63,317 nucleotides of DNA, filler included, from Hausera hauseri (GCA_046269625.1; 11 parts of 11 records of this genome joined end to end with filler, not necessarily neighbours in it); one strand, 5' to 3'; shown: positions 24,700 to 39,630, counted from the whole stretch's first letter. Notes: generated by a model from the letters alone, not told the origin. Numbers and translations: made by a program.

Positions 24700-25971
24700 G
24701 ATGCCAAAATATGGCTTAAAACTATTTTTATGAGGAAGGTAAACCCTCTCAATGAAGCGGTCGAATAAGCCAAGCTGTGTCAAAAAGCAGGAAAAAAATT
24801 GTAACCTTCGAGATCAGAGTGCGTCAAGCAACCGATAAAATTTTCGAGTTGAACAAGGAAGAATTCGTTCAAGAATTTCTTAGAAAATGAAATAGCTCAA
24901 AAGTGCTAAGACAGCGGCTTGTTTTCAAACCAAAAATAACGGTAGAAGAGATGAGAGAGAAAGCTAAAATTTTGGAAGATAGTCACAACGTAAGGAAATA
25001 CAGAGAAGGATCTCCAGTGAAGAAATCCTTTCGGGATACGGTAAAGGCTTCCAACAGAAATCTCGGAAAGACATCATACGTGAAACCCATGGAATATGAC
25101 AGAAGACCGGTCATACATAACAGTGTAGAAAAATATCCGAGGAAAGAAAGGTATGAAAAGAGGTCGTGAACAGTAATATTGCTGAAGACAAGAGATTAAC
25201 TTGCAGGTCGATCATAGATGGGCGAAGAAGGCTCCAACGCACTCTGTGTTTCATAAAGCCAGAAAGCTTTACTTTCGCGTGAACCAGTTTCCTGCGACGA
25301 AGGAAAAATGGCTATGTAAGAGTGATTGTTTCTTTTGTGGAAAACATGAGCGCGTTAGAAGAAGCTGCCCTTTAAACAACTTATGTTTGATATGTGGAAA
25401 AAGTGGACTCGGATTTAGAAACTATTTCAAATTACGACAGGTAAATCCTATGTGTGTGGAAGAGATGTATGAAGACCATAGAGATGAAATAGTGCCATAT
25501 GAAGACGACATGAAAGAAACTTCAAACACTATAAATTGTGCTGTGAGCATTTCGTCTGTGGAGTTTGGGTCGAAATTGTACAAAATCGAGATGCAGCAAT
25601 GGTCGTGGGAAAAGACATACGGTGGTGGAGTGAAGTGAAGTTGAACACGTGTGGAATACAAATGTTGTTGGATAGTAGAGCCAGTGTGTCAGTAATCAGT
25701 GAAAAGATTTGGAAGCTATAGGAAAACATAGGCTAACTAAGTGTGCTTTAATAGTGCATGTAGCCTTTTCGAAAAGCAATGGTTGTTTGGGGAAGGTAGA
25801 AGTCAATGTGGAGTGGGATGATGAAGTACATAAGTTTGAATTCATTGTAGTAAAAACAATCAGTTCGGAAACTACTGGGGGTATAGATATCTTAAAGGCA
25901 CTTGGTATGGAATAAATGAAAACAGGCGTTATTTTGTTTCCAATTAGTGAGATAGCAGAAGTAACAACAAT
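24700..25971 (+). mobile_element. Decayed Ty3/gypsy gag-protease fragment
   Basis: Degenerate knuckles CFFCGKHERVRRSC and CLICGKSG; protease MLLDSRASVSVIS and ..TGGIDIL. Confidence 0.75.
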
Positions 25972-27049
25972 NNNNNNNNNNNNNNNNNNNNNNNNNNNNN
26001 NNNNNNNNNNNNNNNTTAATTAATTAANNNNNNNNNNNNNNNNNNNNNNNNNNNNNNNNNNNNNNNNNNNNATTTTACATAGAATATAATTTTACAATTT
26101 AAGATCAATAGAGGGCTACAAAATGACAAAAATAATGCTAATTTAAAACGACATACGACAAAAAAAGTTCCACTGGATCTGATTTTTTAAACATATGCGA
26201 ATTGTTAGTTCAAGTTGACTAATGTAAAATACCGAATAAACATCCAAATTAAAATATTACAAATTGCAAACTGATTATACAAAATTCCGGATGACACAAC
26301 AAATTGATTAATTCTAATTAAATGTCAGAAACAAAACAAACAGTTATCAAGCGGGATTCGAAAACGAAAAAGCAACGATTATAAAGACAGAAAATCGTGC
26401 AGTTAATCTCTGCACTGAAGTCGACGAAAATTATTGACAAATAGTGAATGATATATTGAATTGTTGACGATGGTACATTATGTCTAGAAATCGATTAATT
26501 TTTTAATGGAAGCAAAAGTGTTTGGTGTATTAAAACGTTGGTGCTAAAATTCTTGGGTGACCTTGAAAAAAAAATAAAAAAACAATATAGTCTGCAACCC
26601 TGTTTGGTAGATGTGGTCACCACAGTAACATTTAGCAAGTATAGAAAAGAAAAATCAGTCGAAGGCACCCAACGACTTGTTCACACTAAGACCAACTGAC
26701 ATAGGCACTTTTTCGTTTGGCGATTTTTTCCTTCTGTCTCTTTTACTCTTTATAGTTTTCGCTTTGCCACGGGGGATGATGTGGTGCCCTCCACGGCCAG
26801 TGCCCTTTGGTCCATTTGGCCGGGCACGGCCGGGCGTCCGTTGCCGTCGCGTCGGATCTATAGTTTGGCCCGATTCCCCGCCTAGAAAATTTTCCAAGAC
26901 TTGTCGACAAGAAAAATTAAATGCCAATTCTGGTATCATCAGGTTCAGTAGGAGCAGGAAAATCAACAATCATGATCAATTTGGCCTAGTATTATCGAAA
27001 ACATGACGAAAACCGTCTTTTCTATCATTTCTGTGGTGCGTCCAACAAC

Positions 27050-28130
27050 AGTCACAGTGTGGAGTATATTATCAATCGATTACGTAGACACATGGAGCGA
27101 AAATTGAATATGAAGTTACCAAAACAAGATGAAGGTAACAACAAAATGAAACTAAAAGCACTATTGATAGAAGGTGACTGTACAGATTTGATACTTATCA
27201 TTGAAGGCATAGACGAAATACCTGATGCCAATTTGGTCGCGTACTTACCACAACGAACTGTTCGAACTCGGCTTCTCATTATGTCATGTGTAGTCAGTGA
27301 TGACGTACAAACTGCATACGGCAAACTAATGTCATCCGAAATAAATATTACTGATCTTCCTGTTGAACCCATGTCATATGATGAGCTTATCCAAATAGTC
27401 AATATGTATCTGAATAATTTTGATAAACAGCTAGACAATCGACAAATAGGAATTCTGTATTCATTCGAGAACTTCCGCAATCCTCTGTAAACGATAACAG
27501 CATGTGATGAACTGCGAGTACATTTTAATTATTCAACATTGACAACTGTTATTCAATCATTGCCACCAACAACAATTGAACTTAATCGCAAAATAAATCA
27601 TTGACTTATGATTAAGGACCAGACAAAAATCTTGAGGAAAATTTTGGAGATTTTATCTGAATCACGAGCGGGAGTTTGGGAGAGTATTGCAAAGGATGTT
27701 ATTCTGAGTTTTATCGAATCAAACGAAAAGTCGATCAGTCAAAGTGTTTGGCTTGATGTTGTCAGTCAATTAAAGCCATTTCTGAAGATCCAAACGGTGC
27801 CGTTACCATTAATTAAATTTAAACATCGACTCATGAAACAATCAATTGAAACTGAACTGAATCTTGATAAATCAACGAAGAACAATCTTCATTTTAAATT
27901 GTCCAAGTTTTATAATCCATTGAGTGAAATAGAGATTTATTCAACTGATTATTTATTCCATTTGGTTAGGGCCAGTCGACGGGATTTGCTGCTGGAGTTC
28001 ATGCGATCTAAACAATCGTGGAAAATATTCAACAATTCCATAATGAGCAGTTGACTAATGTAAAGTATGCAGTGTGCAAATGTCCACGTTTTGCCCGATG
28101 ATATGTTGCCGGATTTGACGACCTTGTAAA
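27050..28130 (+). pseudogene. NACHT/TEP1-like NTPase fragment, interrupted by stops
   Basis: Walker-B-like ILIIEGIDEI, then YLP..RLLIMS, L..FDKQLD, NPL*TITACDELRV (cf. NPLYL..ACxELR), LP.T, ESRAGVWE. In-frame TAA/TGA. Confidence 0.6.
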
Positions 28131-28269
28131 TTTTTGCTTTAATAATACAAAAATAATGGCCTTTTTTGAATTTACCTTTTCAGACATTTTTGCTCTTATG
28201 TATTTGTTGGAATTTTTAGTCATATTTTGAAGGAAATTACAAGCGAAGATTATCAAGTCTAGCATTTTC

Positions 28270-29900
28270 TTAGTTCAGTTTCCGAGTGCAATTTTTATTG
28301 TAAGAATTGGTATTCTGCTTTGTTTGTGTCTCAATATTTTGCTATATTCTGAATATTCTTCGATAATCCGTCGGATTTTATATATTTGATTTATTTATTG
28401 CATAAACACTTGCACAATTATGGACGTTTCATATTGCTGATCCGATTGTCAAACTCAGTATGACAAACTATATTTCGTACCAAAATACAAAACCAAAAGG
28501 AGAATCCTACCTGCGAAAAGTTTAAGCAGCACTTGCTCATCTGCATCAGCTTGTACCATGAACTACAGAGTAAAAAATCTCTCCACAGCTTAACTATCGG
28601 ATCTGGTGAAGATAATGACATCGTGATAGTGAGTATGGACTTCGTCAAGAAGTGTTCAAAATTACCGGTGAATGTGTGCCTGAGCATTGATAAAGTTCAC
28701 CGTCTTCACAAAAGCTGACATGATATTTTCCATCTTCAAAACTTCGATTCCCAGTGACTCTTCATGTATGATACAATGGCGTAACAAGAATGGCTGACGA
28801 AAATTTTCTTCAATGAGTTTCTTTTTCACAGAAGCCAAGAGATTAAATGACTGTCCTAACATGGCTTGTGCCCTATACGTTGTTAATCCTAGAAATCTGT
28901 GCCATGGCAACTTCATTAGGTCGAGGGCACCGGTCATTGGGTACCTACATATATACCTAGAGTACAACATATTGTGTTCGAGGTTCAAAAAGATAAGTAG
29001 ACATCGCTTAGTCCCTGTCGGAATATCTGCCCGACCGGTATTCTCTGACGAAGATCTTAGTAAGATCGAAATATTAGAACGTTCAAATCCTGCAACATTA
29101 TTGTCCTCTAAAAGACATGTATGTATGAGAATTATTTAATAAAAAGGAAAAGGCGAAACGTGGTGTGTGATATGGTACTTTGAGGAACCACGTTGCATGA
29201 TCCATCTGCATAGGGCAGACGGTCGAGAACTCGCTCCCACCGCAACGCTTCCGAAACTCCAGGTTGGCCAATCGCCCCTCATCGAAACTAACCGAAGGAG
29301 TGGTGTTGCCTCACCAACATTTTTTTAAAACTCATTGCCAAACTTTCCTCCCCATAGCTTTGGGCTACCTGTTTCAAAACACATTTTGATATTCAATTCG
29401 TTCAAAATGTAATTATTAAAATTGTTAACATTAATGTACGTCAATTCTGAATAGAAATGCGCCAGACTCTCCTTGTTAAATTTCTGACAAACGTTCTCGT
29501 CCATTTCAACGCAATATGATTTTGGTAATTGCTCCATGGGCAGAATAATTAGAGAACAAATTCGACTTTTCTTTAGTTCCTCGGCTCTTGTGTGAGTGTA
29601 GATTTGCGTCTTCCTTGAGTAAGTTGCCTTTGGATTCTGTATTTTGAATATTTTTATGCGGGCAGTTCAATGTATCGCTGGAAATACAAGTGGAACATGA
29701 ACAATTGGTGATGACGTGTTTACGAACGATATTATTCAGAGATTGTCGAAGTAACAGAATTTAATACACTGAATAGTCTGAAGTGATGATTTTCTTCCTT
29801 TAAAGTGAACGATAGTGTGTTCGGCCTGGGTATTAAGTCGTTCGGGTAATTAATGTCATTTGATTCGGTGGCATTGTTATCATTTGAAATACTGTCTTAA
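28270..29900 (-). mobile_element. Decayed GTF2IRD2/SPIN-like hAT transposase split by an insertion at 28939-29317
   Basis: Upstream part YCVEMDEN..SLAHF..ILNEL..GNEF (cf. FSLALDEST..QLAIF..EEL..DIF). Downstream part LPWHRFLGLTTYRAQAMLG (TTDGAPAM) and HCIIHEESL..VKTVNFI. Confidence 0.72.
29041..29079 (+). ncRNA. Minimal type I hammerhead ribozyme
   Basis: TTCT-CTGACGA-A-GATCTT-agt-AAGATC-GAAA-TA-TT-AGAA. Stem I TTCT/AGAA, core CUGANGA..GAAA, 6-bp stem II, palindromic loopless stem III (AUAU), predicted cut after AUU (29075). Confidence 0.72.
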
Positions 29901-30129
29901 AGAAAACTCTCCAGCTATATCATTCCAAAGTAAGCTAGACCGTAAGGTAAGGTTAAGAACAAAAACGTGGAATCACGGTCCTTTTCTGATCCTAAAAGAA
30001 TATTGGCCAATTTACATTTCAGTGAATTGAACTTGTTTGCTGATGCTACTTTCTGTTTGGTTTGGGAAAGTAAGAGACAATTCATATAACATTGTAAGGG
30101 GGCAGATAATTTGCGTTCACTTTCTAGTG

Positions 30130-30325
30130 TTCCTCCCCTTCCCAGCATAACACCAGGCCGCCTTCACTTTCCCAGAGACTTTCTCTGGTGCCCATTTGTT
30201 TAGGCTGGGTGGACCTCTGGAGCCGTTTTGGGGGGAAAAATTCAACCTGCCACAGCTCGGATTGAACACCCAACCACACAATCAAAAGCGAGCATACTAA
30301 CCACTCTGCCATCGTGGCTCCACAC
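30130..30325 (-). mobile_element. tRNA-derived SINE
   Basis: Minus strand: A-box TGGCAGAGTGG, B-box GTTCAATCC, then central motif GGTCCACCCAGCCTAAACAAATGGGCACC resembling a widespread metazoan SINE central domain. Confidence 0.65.
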
Positions 30326-30439
30326 ACATAGGTACATCAGTAATACATAAATAGAACAGCATATGGACAAATGTTCAGTAGATGTAGTGAGGTATCCACA
30401 AAACCACAGTTATCATGTCCAAGTTAAAATCAGGTTTAC

Positions 30440-30596
30440 AATTCTGCAATGCTTGAATGAAGTTTCCTAAAATCATCGAAGCTGGAGGTGAATCTATATT
30501 CATCTTCTGAAACGTGTCATGAGTTGCTGACATGTAGCGAACAAAGGCAACAATTGATAACAGGAAGGTGATCAGCAAAAGGATAAGCCACAACAT
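30440..30596 (-). CDS. First coding exon of a cytochrome P450 (CYP3-clan-like)
   Basis: MLWLILLLITFLLSIVAFVRYMSATHDTFQKMNIDSPPASMILGN: signal anchor, FxKxxIxxP and Pro-rich hinge ending LGN. An upstream acceptor TTTCAG lies at ~30657. Confidence 0.65.
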
Positions 30597-32749
30597 GATG
30601 TTTTCTTGGTATTTTCCTGGTGCATCCAACTGATGACTGTTATTCTTCTAAACCACCTGAAACAGAAATCATTCACATAATATCACCTATACTTATTTTC
30701 GTTGGCATACAAACTTCATTGCCGTTCCAAATCATTTTCAAAAACATGTCATGACATACATAAAATACAAGTAAGGCTCTGAACAACAATGGCGATGCAT
30801 GCATTAAACATTTACCTAAAGTTCGGCTTCCATTATACATCAACCAAAGCTGGTTTTACCTTTTTAAGAGAATAAAGATGACTTTACGTCATACACAGCC
30901 TCTAGCGATTCAACACGCCAGTCCAATGTAGTCTGGTNNNNNNNNNNNNNNNNNNNNNNNNNNNNNNNNNNNNNNNNNNNNTTAATTAATTAANNNNNNN
31001 NNNNNNNNNNNNNNNNNNNNNNNNNNNNNNNNNNNNNCTTTCATCTGACGGACTTCGCACCTTCACCGTTCAATGCGCCATTGCTGTCCCATCATTTCTA
31101 TGTGCCACACATGATCGTGCACCATTTCCTTCTAACATCTGCTTTTTTTCGTGCACTGCTCCTGCTTACTGGGTGCATCGTGCACTTTTGACTTTTTTGA
31201 AATCTCCGTCGCCGATTCTACCCTGCCAGTGCCTGTGTGCGCATCAAGGACGCTTCTGATTAGCTGCAGGGGTGAGCCAGGACCGGCATTTTGCTACTAC
31301 TGACTTAAATAATATTTAAAGTAGCCTATTAAAATAAATCGAATCTGTAATTTATTACAAGAAATATAATCTTGCACTGGAATTATTATCCAATAAAATT
31401 CCACTTAAACAAAATGCAAATCGACAAAGAAATCTTTGATAAAATAGTGCACAAATAAAGATAAACAAATCACTTAGTTGGAGAAAATAAATTGAAAGTA
31501 ATTATCATCAGAAGAATATGGTGAAAATGAAAACGCATTAAGAATAATCGGATAAGGTAGATAAATATCATCCGAAAAACATGAGTGCTGGTCCATGATG
31601 TCAATCACAAATGACAGATAAATGGTGTTTGGCAAAATGTTACAGCCATTTACCATGGCAAGCAAGAATTTAAAAAAAATCAAAGGCATTCAACAAATAA
31701 AAACAGTCACGCATTATTTTCCTCTGAATCACCCATAGCTTTAACAGTTTTATTGGGAAACATCGATTTCAAATGCATTATTTTTAGTTAAAATCTACAA
31801 ACTCATTCTTTCAACTGTTAGCGTTAGCATTTGTATTGGAAGTACTGCTCGATGGAGTGGTGGATGACTGTAAATTATTGCTGATTTGATTAGACACACT
31901 AAGTGGAATTGACGGTATACCGGCAATCGTACTAAATTTGTGAAACCAATAACAATAAATGTGTGAAACAATCGAATCATTAAATAAATAACAAAAAAGT
32001 TCAGCTGAAATTGGATAATTAGCATTTCAGTGCAAATATGCCTGCTTGTGTGTGTGTGGATATGTACGTTTGTGTGCATGTACGTCATCATTTGTAAATC
32101 ACACGAATCTCGTTCAAATTTTTGTAATCAATAGATAATCTTGAGACAAAAAAAATATTTATAAAATTATTTATAAATATAAAACCAATATTTAAGCTCT
32201 TATGAACCGCCAAAAGTATCAAGAATAATTTTACGATACAAAACCAACGAAACCAAAAAAAATCAATCACACGTTTCAATTTAATTATACAAAAAAGAAT
32301 ATTGAAATTTTTAACATCATTTACGCGTCAACCCTCGGCAAAATAAATTAACTATTAAAAAAAAACGTCACACGATTGAAAAATCCTATGACTACAAATT
32401 TTGAACAACAAAAATATTTCGTATTGAATTTCATCAGTGTAGAAATCACAACAGAACAATTTCGCCAAAAAAATCGTCAAAAATATAAATAAACGCCGTG
32501 AAAACCATATCTTTGATAAATCAATTGTATTTCAACATAGAATTTTCGGCAATCATCAAATTAAATTCTGTAATGATAATAATTTGTTAAGTGAATTCGT
32601 TATGACATCGAACAACACAACACAGCATAGAGCCAGAGAAATCGGATTGTGCAATTCAAACAATTGCTATGACGTCATGCATAGGGTCCGAATAATGGTG
32701 ATTATGAAATAAGCTAACGATCACTCAGTAAATAATTCTAGTCACTTAC

Positions 32750-34270
<1,521 letters not shown>

Positions 34271-35932
34271 TTCTTGAAAAATAAGCTGTAATAGCAAAAT
34301 TGAAATTGTAAAATTTCTAACAATACAAACAAAATAAAATTTAAAAATCTAACAAAAAAAACCAGAAGCAATAACTTACCTAATAATGTTTTTTGAGTAA
34401 GGTATTACTATGCAAATTAACTAAAATGGCGGATTGCAAACGCTTCTATTTATTAGGAAAAAGAATGAATTAGTGCTAATAAATGTAAGCACACACGCAC
34501 TAAGGCACACACACACCCAAACCAGGCTAAATAAGAAATGATATTTTCATTTGAAGTATTCTACCGCCTATATATGGTCGTTATCATAAATGTTAACATA
34601 TTAGTCGTCGTCATTTCATAATATATGCCAGCTTACATACTAACGAATTTATTTTAAATACAAATACACGCATATTAGCACACGCTCAAATATCTTTGCT
34701 TTTATATCCACTCATTTACGTGACACACTCGACAAATACATACTAACATGAATTAACAACTAGCTAAGATAAACATGGCTAATCACAGTGTATGAAGTGA
34801 TGAGGACTTGTAAAATTTGATTGAAAATGCCTTGACAGAGAACTCTAACACAAAGGAATTGCATGCTGATTATGGAATACATACATTCTAAATGGCAGTA
34901 GTTTAATAGGTCATAAACAATGTAGAAACCAGTAGTGAAATTTAGCATACTTCGAGGTGATTGAGTAATTACTTAGTTTCATCCACAGACTGACACATGA
35001 ATAAAGAAATATTGCAAAGTTTTTGTATTAATATTTCTAGTAATTTTGATGGTAGAAAGCTTTCTTTACTCTTGTTTGTGTGTTCAAACAGTTAAGAAAC
35101 ATTGTGAAGTAATTTATATTGTCATAAATATTTTTGTTGTTGTAACTGTAATGTCAAGAAAAATTAACTATTTTATTTTTTCTTATGCTAATAATAGAAA
35201 ATAATTGCGAATAATTTTTAATGGTAAAATTCAAGTAATTTGAAACAAATAGACCGTTATTTCTTTGTTCATTCAATTCACCTTATTGTGTCACAATAAC
35301 TGATATGAATATCTTAATTGATCAGTGTTTTCGTACAAGTTTCACGTTCAGAATAATTTAATTATGTTACTAATATTGAACGTATGTTCATTAGTATATA
35401 TGATTGCTAAATTCATGTTAAATTGTTCACCATTGTTTTTAATTTAATTTGATTATAATTATGACTAAATAAAATTTAATTTTCTGATAGGAAGAATAAA
35501 CTCTGNNNNNNNNNNNNNNNNNNNNNNNNNNNNNNNNNNNNNNNNNNNNTTAATTAATTAANNNNNNNNNNNNNNNNNNNNNNNNNNNNNNNNNNNNNNN
35601 NNNNNTAAACAATGCATTGCAGTAGTCATAAAACCAGTCACATGTTTATACAACATAAACGCAAAAAAATAATCAATAATAGGCTTTGAAACAAAACTTC
35701 ACAATCAATGACTTTTATCATTTAATTAAAATTTATCACTAAACTCCCTTTTATCCATTGCATATTTTCAGTGTTTTACTTGAATATTAACTTGATTAAC
35801 GTGAACATGTCATGAGAATAATCATAAATATTTTCTAAAATGACAATAAAAATTATCATATGACAACCGTTACGAAAAAAGGTCATAGTACAATGAATAT
35901 AAATTTGAATAACTTTGAACGACTATCATAAT

Positions 35933-38920
35933 ATGAAACTTATAAGTTTGTGGATATCGATTTTTATACTTTACAAGTTAACATATTATATTTCGGCCCA
36001 GAAGTGCGGATATTCATCATGCGATGTGGGAAAACCGGATAAACTAAACGTTCACATAATACCGCATACCCATGACGATGTGGGCTGGTTGAAAACAGTC
36101 GATCAATATTACTATGGTTACAGAGATTACATTCAGTCAGCCGGAATTCAGTATGTAATTGACACCGTAATCAATGCTCTTGAAGAAAATCCTGATCGAA
36201 AATTCAGTTATGTTGAAATGGCATATTTCTACAGATGGTGGCAGGAACAAACGGATGCCATGAGAAACAGAGTAAAGTCGCTCGTTAATCAGGGCAGACT
36301 ACAATTTCTTCTTGGTGGCTGGTGTATGAACGACGAAGCTACCACGCATTATACGGCAATAATTGATCAATTAACATTGGGTCTTGATTTTCTCAACAAA
36401 ACCTTTGGTGAATGCGGTCGACCGTTAGTTTCGTGGCAAATCGATCCATTCGGCCATTCAATAGAACAAGTAAATATCTTTTATGAAATTGGATTTGATA
36501 GTCTTACGTTTATGCGTCTCGATTATCGAGATAAGGATCAAAGAAAAGCTGAAAAACGATTGGAATTTTTGCAGAATTCGTCATTTATAGGTGGCCCTAA
36601 AAAGCAATTATTCACAAGTATTCTTTATGATTCGTACTGTCCACCCGGTGGATTTTGTTTTGACTCGAAATGTCAAGATGATCCCATAATGGATGATTCT
36701 ACTCTTCATGACTATAACGTAAAGAAACGAGTTGATGATTTCGCCAATTATGTTTTGGAGCAAGGAAAATACTACACCACAAATCATGTTTTAGTTCCAA
36801 TGGGCTGTGATTTTCAGTTTGAAAATGCATTCCACAACTTCAAAAATTTGGATAAACTAATCTACTATACGAATAAATTAAGAAACGATATAAACGTTGT
36901 CTATTCCACACCAGCTTGTTACACATTGGCTGTCAATCAAGCAAAACGCAGTTATACACAGAAAGGGGATGACTTTTTCCCCTACGCTAGTTCTTCCCAC
37001 AGTTATTGGACCGGATACTTTACAAGTCGGCCTGCACTTAAAGGATATGTTCGGCAGTCGAACAGCTTTTATCAAACTTGCAAGCAGATGTATACTCTTA
37101 GCAAAATCAACGATTGGAAGTTAAACCAAAACATAAGTTTTATGGGCATGAAAATGGGCGTTTTACAGCATCATGATGCAGTTTCTGGCACGGAAAAACA
37201 GGAGGTGGCATATGATTATGCTCAGCGCTTAAGTGAAGGGTCCGCTGCTTGTATGGATGTAGTGAGCGCAAGTATGAATAAACTGCTCAATATTAAACCA
37301 GAAAATAGATTAACGTTTGCTACTTGTAATCTACTAAACATCAGCGAATGTGCTCAAACAGATAATATGAAGTACAATATGCCTCTGTTGTTAACGCTTT
37401 ACAACTCACTGGGAAAATCGGTGTCTCATTGGAATAGGTTACCAGTAACAGTGGTCAAAGGTGATCGGTATTCGGTGGTTGAAATGCCAACAAATGCACT
37501 GCCAATCCAACTCATACCAATAACTGACCGAACAAAATCTATTCCAGAAAGGTCCAAACAAGCAACTGCGAATTACGAACTGGTATTTAATACTGACATT
37601 CCACCAATGGGATATTCGATTCTGAAAATTATACGAATGAGAAGTAAAACACTTTCTAACGATTTTTCAAAACTATCAAAACTATCCAATAAAGATTCAC
37701 GAATAATTAAAAATCAAAACCTTCAGTTGAATTATACGAATGGCTATTTGGTATCCGTGGAAAATCTGCAGTCTAAAGTCCAAATTTCTGTAACACAAAA
37801 ATTGGCTTATTATTTCCCAATGCAAGACAATGGGCAATCGTCTGGAGCATATATCTTTCGGCCCACAACCAACGCATCGGTACCATTTACTCAATCGATT
37901 GAAGTGTCAGTTTTAGAGGGAAATTTAGTTACAGAAGTTTATCAGAAATTTAGTGACTGGGCGACTCTCGTTACTAGGCTGTACAATAATAGTAAATATA
38001 TTGAAAATGAGTGGACTGTTGGACCCCTTCCAATTTCGGATAAATATGGAAAAGAAGTCGTCATAGATTATGTAACAAATTTAGACACGATGAACTTAAT
38101 GTTTACAGATTCTAATGGTCGACAAGTTGTTGGCCGAATAATTGATAGACGCTTTGACTATAAGTTCCAACAAACCGAGCCAGTTGCGGGCAATTACTAC
38201 CCTTTGACAAGCGATGCCTTACTCATCAATAGCAGTAAAACGTCTAAAGATGCACCTGCACTAATTGTCCATACTGATAGAGCACAAGGAGTTGGTTCTT
38301 ATGTCAATGGTTTGTTAGAAATTATGGTGCACAGACGCACTTTGAGAGATGATGTGTTTGGTGTTGGTGAACCTCTGAACGAAAAAGGATCGGATGGAAA
38401 TGGAATCATAGTTCGTGGAAAACACTGGATGACCGTTGATATTATTGAGAATATACTGGAAACTAGAAGAATGAAAAGCTTGAAAATATTCAGTAAACCT
38501 TTGTCCTTGTTTACCACTAATATTACGAATTCACTTGAAAGCATTTTATCTCTTCGAAACAAGAATTCTGTTTTAAAATCGTCGTTACCTGATAACGTCC
38601 ATATTATGTCTTTGGAGAACCACTTTACCACGACAGGCAATATTGATTACCAGATTTTACGAATAGAAGATCTGCGAACAATCGATAATGGAAAATTGGT
38701 TGAAATTGACTTTAACAAGCTTTTTACAAATTACACTATTACCGTTTTAGACGAATTGAATTTATCTGCAAATCAGTATTTGAAGAATGTCACAAGATTG
38801 GTGTGGAATTCTGTTAAATCCGAACCGAACTATTCGAGTGAACAAATAAATGACGGAAAATTGTCTTTGTCTGCAGGTCAAATTAGAACTTTCAAAATAC
38901 TTATCGATTCAGTCAACTAA
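35933..38920 (+). CDS. MAN2B1: Lysosomal alpha-mannosidase (GH38, MAN2B1-like), intronless
   Basis: Signal peptide MKLISLWISIFILY..; HTHDDVGWLKTVDQYY, GGWCMNDEA, nucleophile motif WQIDPFGHS, QHHDAVSGTEKQ, SGAYIFRP, EPVAGNYYP, HRR..DD.FGVGEPLNE. AATAAA at ~38972. Confidence 0.95.
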   Translation: MKLISLWISIFILYKLTYYISAQKCGYSSCDVGKPDKLNVHIIPHTHDDVGWLKTVDQYYYGYRDYIQSAGIQYVIDTVINALEENPDRKFSYVEMAYFYRWWQEQTDAMRNRVKSLVNQGRLQFLLGGWCMNDEATTHYTAIIDQLTLGLDFLNKTFGECGRPLVSWQIDPFGHSIEQVNIFYEIGFDSLTFMRLDYRDKDQRKAEKRLEFLQNSSFIGGPKKQLFTSILYDSYCPPGGFCFDSKCQDDPIMDDSTLHDYNVKKRVDDFANYVLEQGKYYTTNHVLVPMGCDFQFENAFHNFKNLDKLIYYTNKLRNDINVVYSTPACYTLAVNQAKRSYTQKGDDFFPYASSSHSYWTGYFTSRPALKGYVRQSNSFYQTCKQMYTLSKINDWKLNQNISFMGMKMGVLQHHDAVSGTEKQEVAYDYAQRLSEGSAACMDVVSASMNKLLNIKPENRLTFATCNLLNISECAQTDNMKYNMPLLLTLYNSLGKSVSHWNRLPVTVVKGDRYSVVEMPTNALPIQLIPITDRTKSIPERSKQATANYELVFNTDIPPMGYSILKIIRMRSKTLSNDFSKLSKLSNKDSRIIKNQNLQLNYTNGYLVSVENLQSKVQISVTQKLAYYFPMQDNGQSSGAYIFRPTTNASVPFTQSIEVSVLEGNLVTEVYQKFSDWATLVTRLYNNSKYIENEWTVGPLPISDKYGKEVVIDYVTNLDTMNLMFTDSNGRQVVGRIIDRRFDYKFQQTEPVAGNYYPLTSDALLINSSKTSKDAPALIVHTDRAQGVGSYVNGLLEIMVHRRTLRDDVFGVGEPLNEKGSDGNGIIVRGKHWMTVDIIENILETRRMKSLKIFSKPLSLFTTNITNSLESILSLRNKNSVLKSSLPDNVHIMSLENHFTTTGNIDYQILRIEDLRTIDNGKLVEIDFNKLFTNYTITVLDELNLSANQYLKNVTRLVWNSVKSEPNYSSEQINDGKLSLSAGQIRTFKILIDSVN

Positions 38921-39494
38921 TTTTAGGTATTGATTTTTGTATTCTGATTAATATTATCAGTGTATTGAGGAAATAAACGTGTATTTTCGTNNNNNNNNNN
39001 TAAATATTGATTTTATTTAATTTGTGTGAAGAGTCAAAAGTTAACCATCATGAATACCAGTAATATACGCATGGGAGGGATTATGAGATAACCCTTCCCA
39101 CGGAAGTTTAAAGATTTAAAATTACAACCGTCTCCCAGCCTCACCAATTAGTTACTGTTATAGCCAATATGATTTTGAATACCTCAAAACTGGTTTTAAC
39201 CGATTATTCTTAGTAGGGAAGTATTCCAATAGTGGTATAAATATTTTAATTCTCATAACAGTTATTTCGGACACTAGCTTCGACGGGCTTGTGACCTTCG
39301 GCCTTTCCGTCACATTTTCCAGGATACTGAGAAATATGTGAGTAGATCTGCGCCTTGATTTCTTCGAGAATTTCAGGTTCATCAGAAGTACTCCACGATA
39401 GAATGAGTTGTTGCGGAGTCAATTTAATTAAATCAATTACTTAGCAAACAAATGTATGATGGATCAATAAATTACTAAATTACTAACTTAATAA

Positions 39495-39630
39495 GCAGAT
39501 TGCAAATGATTGAAATAAAACCGTAACTTGCTGCTATCAAAAATAGCAGATTGCAAAACAGTTCAAACTACGGATTTGATTGAAATAAAACTGTAAATTG
39601 CTGCTATCAAAAACAGCAGATTGTAAAACC
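39495..39630. repeat. Short tandem duplication (~70-bp units)
   Basis: TGATTGAAATAAAAC.GTAA.TTGCTGCTATCAAAAA.AGCAGATTG occurs twice, plus a partial copy. Confidence 0.7.

Noticed and set aside
28881-29319. TGTT..AACA solo LTR around the hammerhead
   Set aside because: hAT transposase homology continues to ~28935, past the supposed left end, and there is no TSD at those ends.
39355-39390. Second hammerhead (minus-strand CTGATGA..GAAA)
   Set aside because: No credible stem II or stem I pairing.
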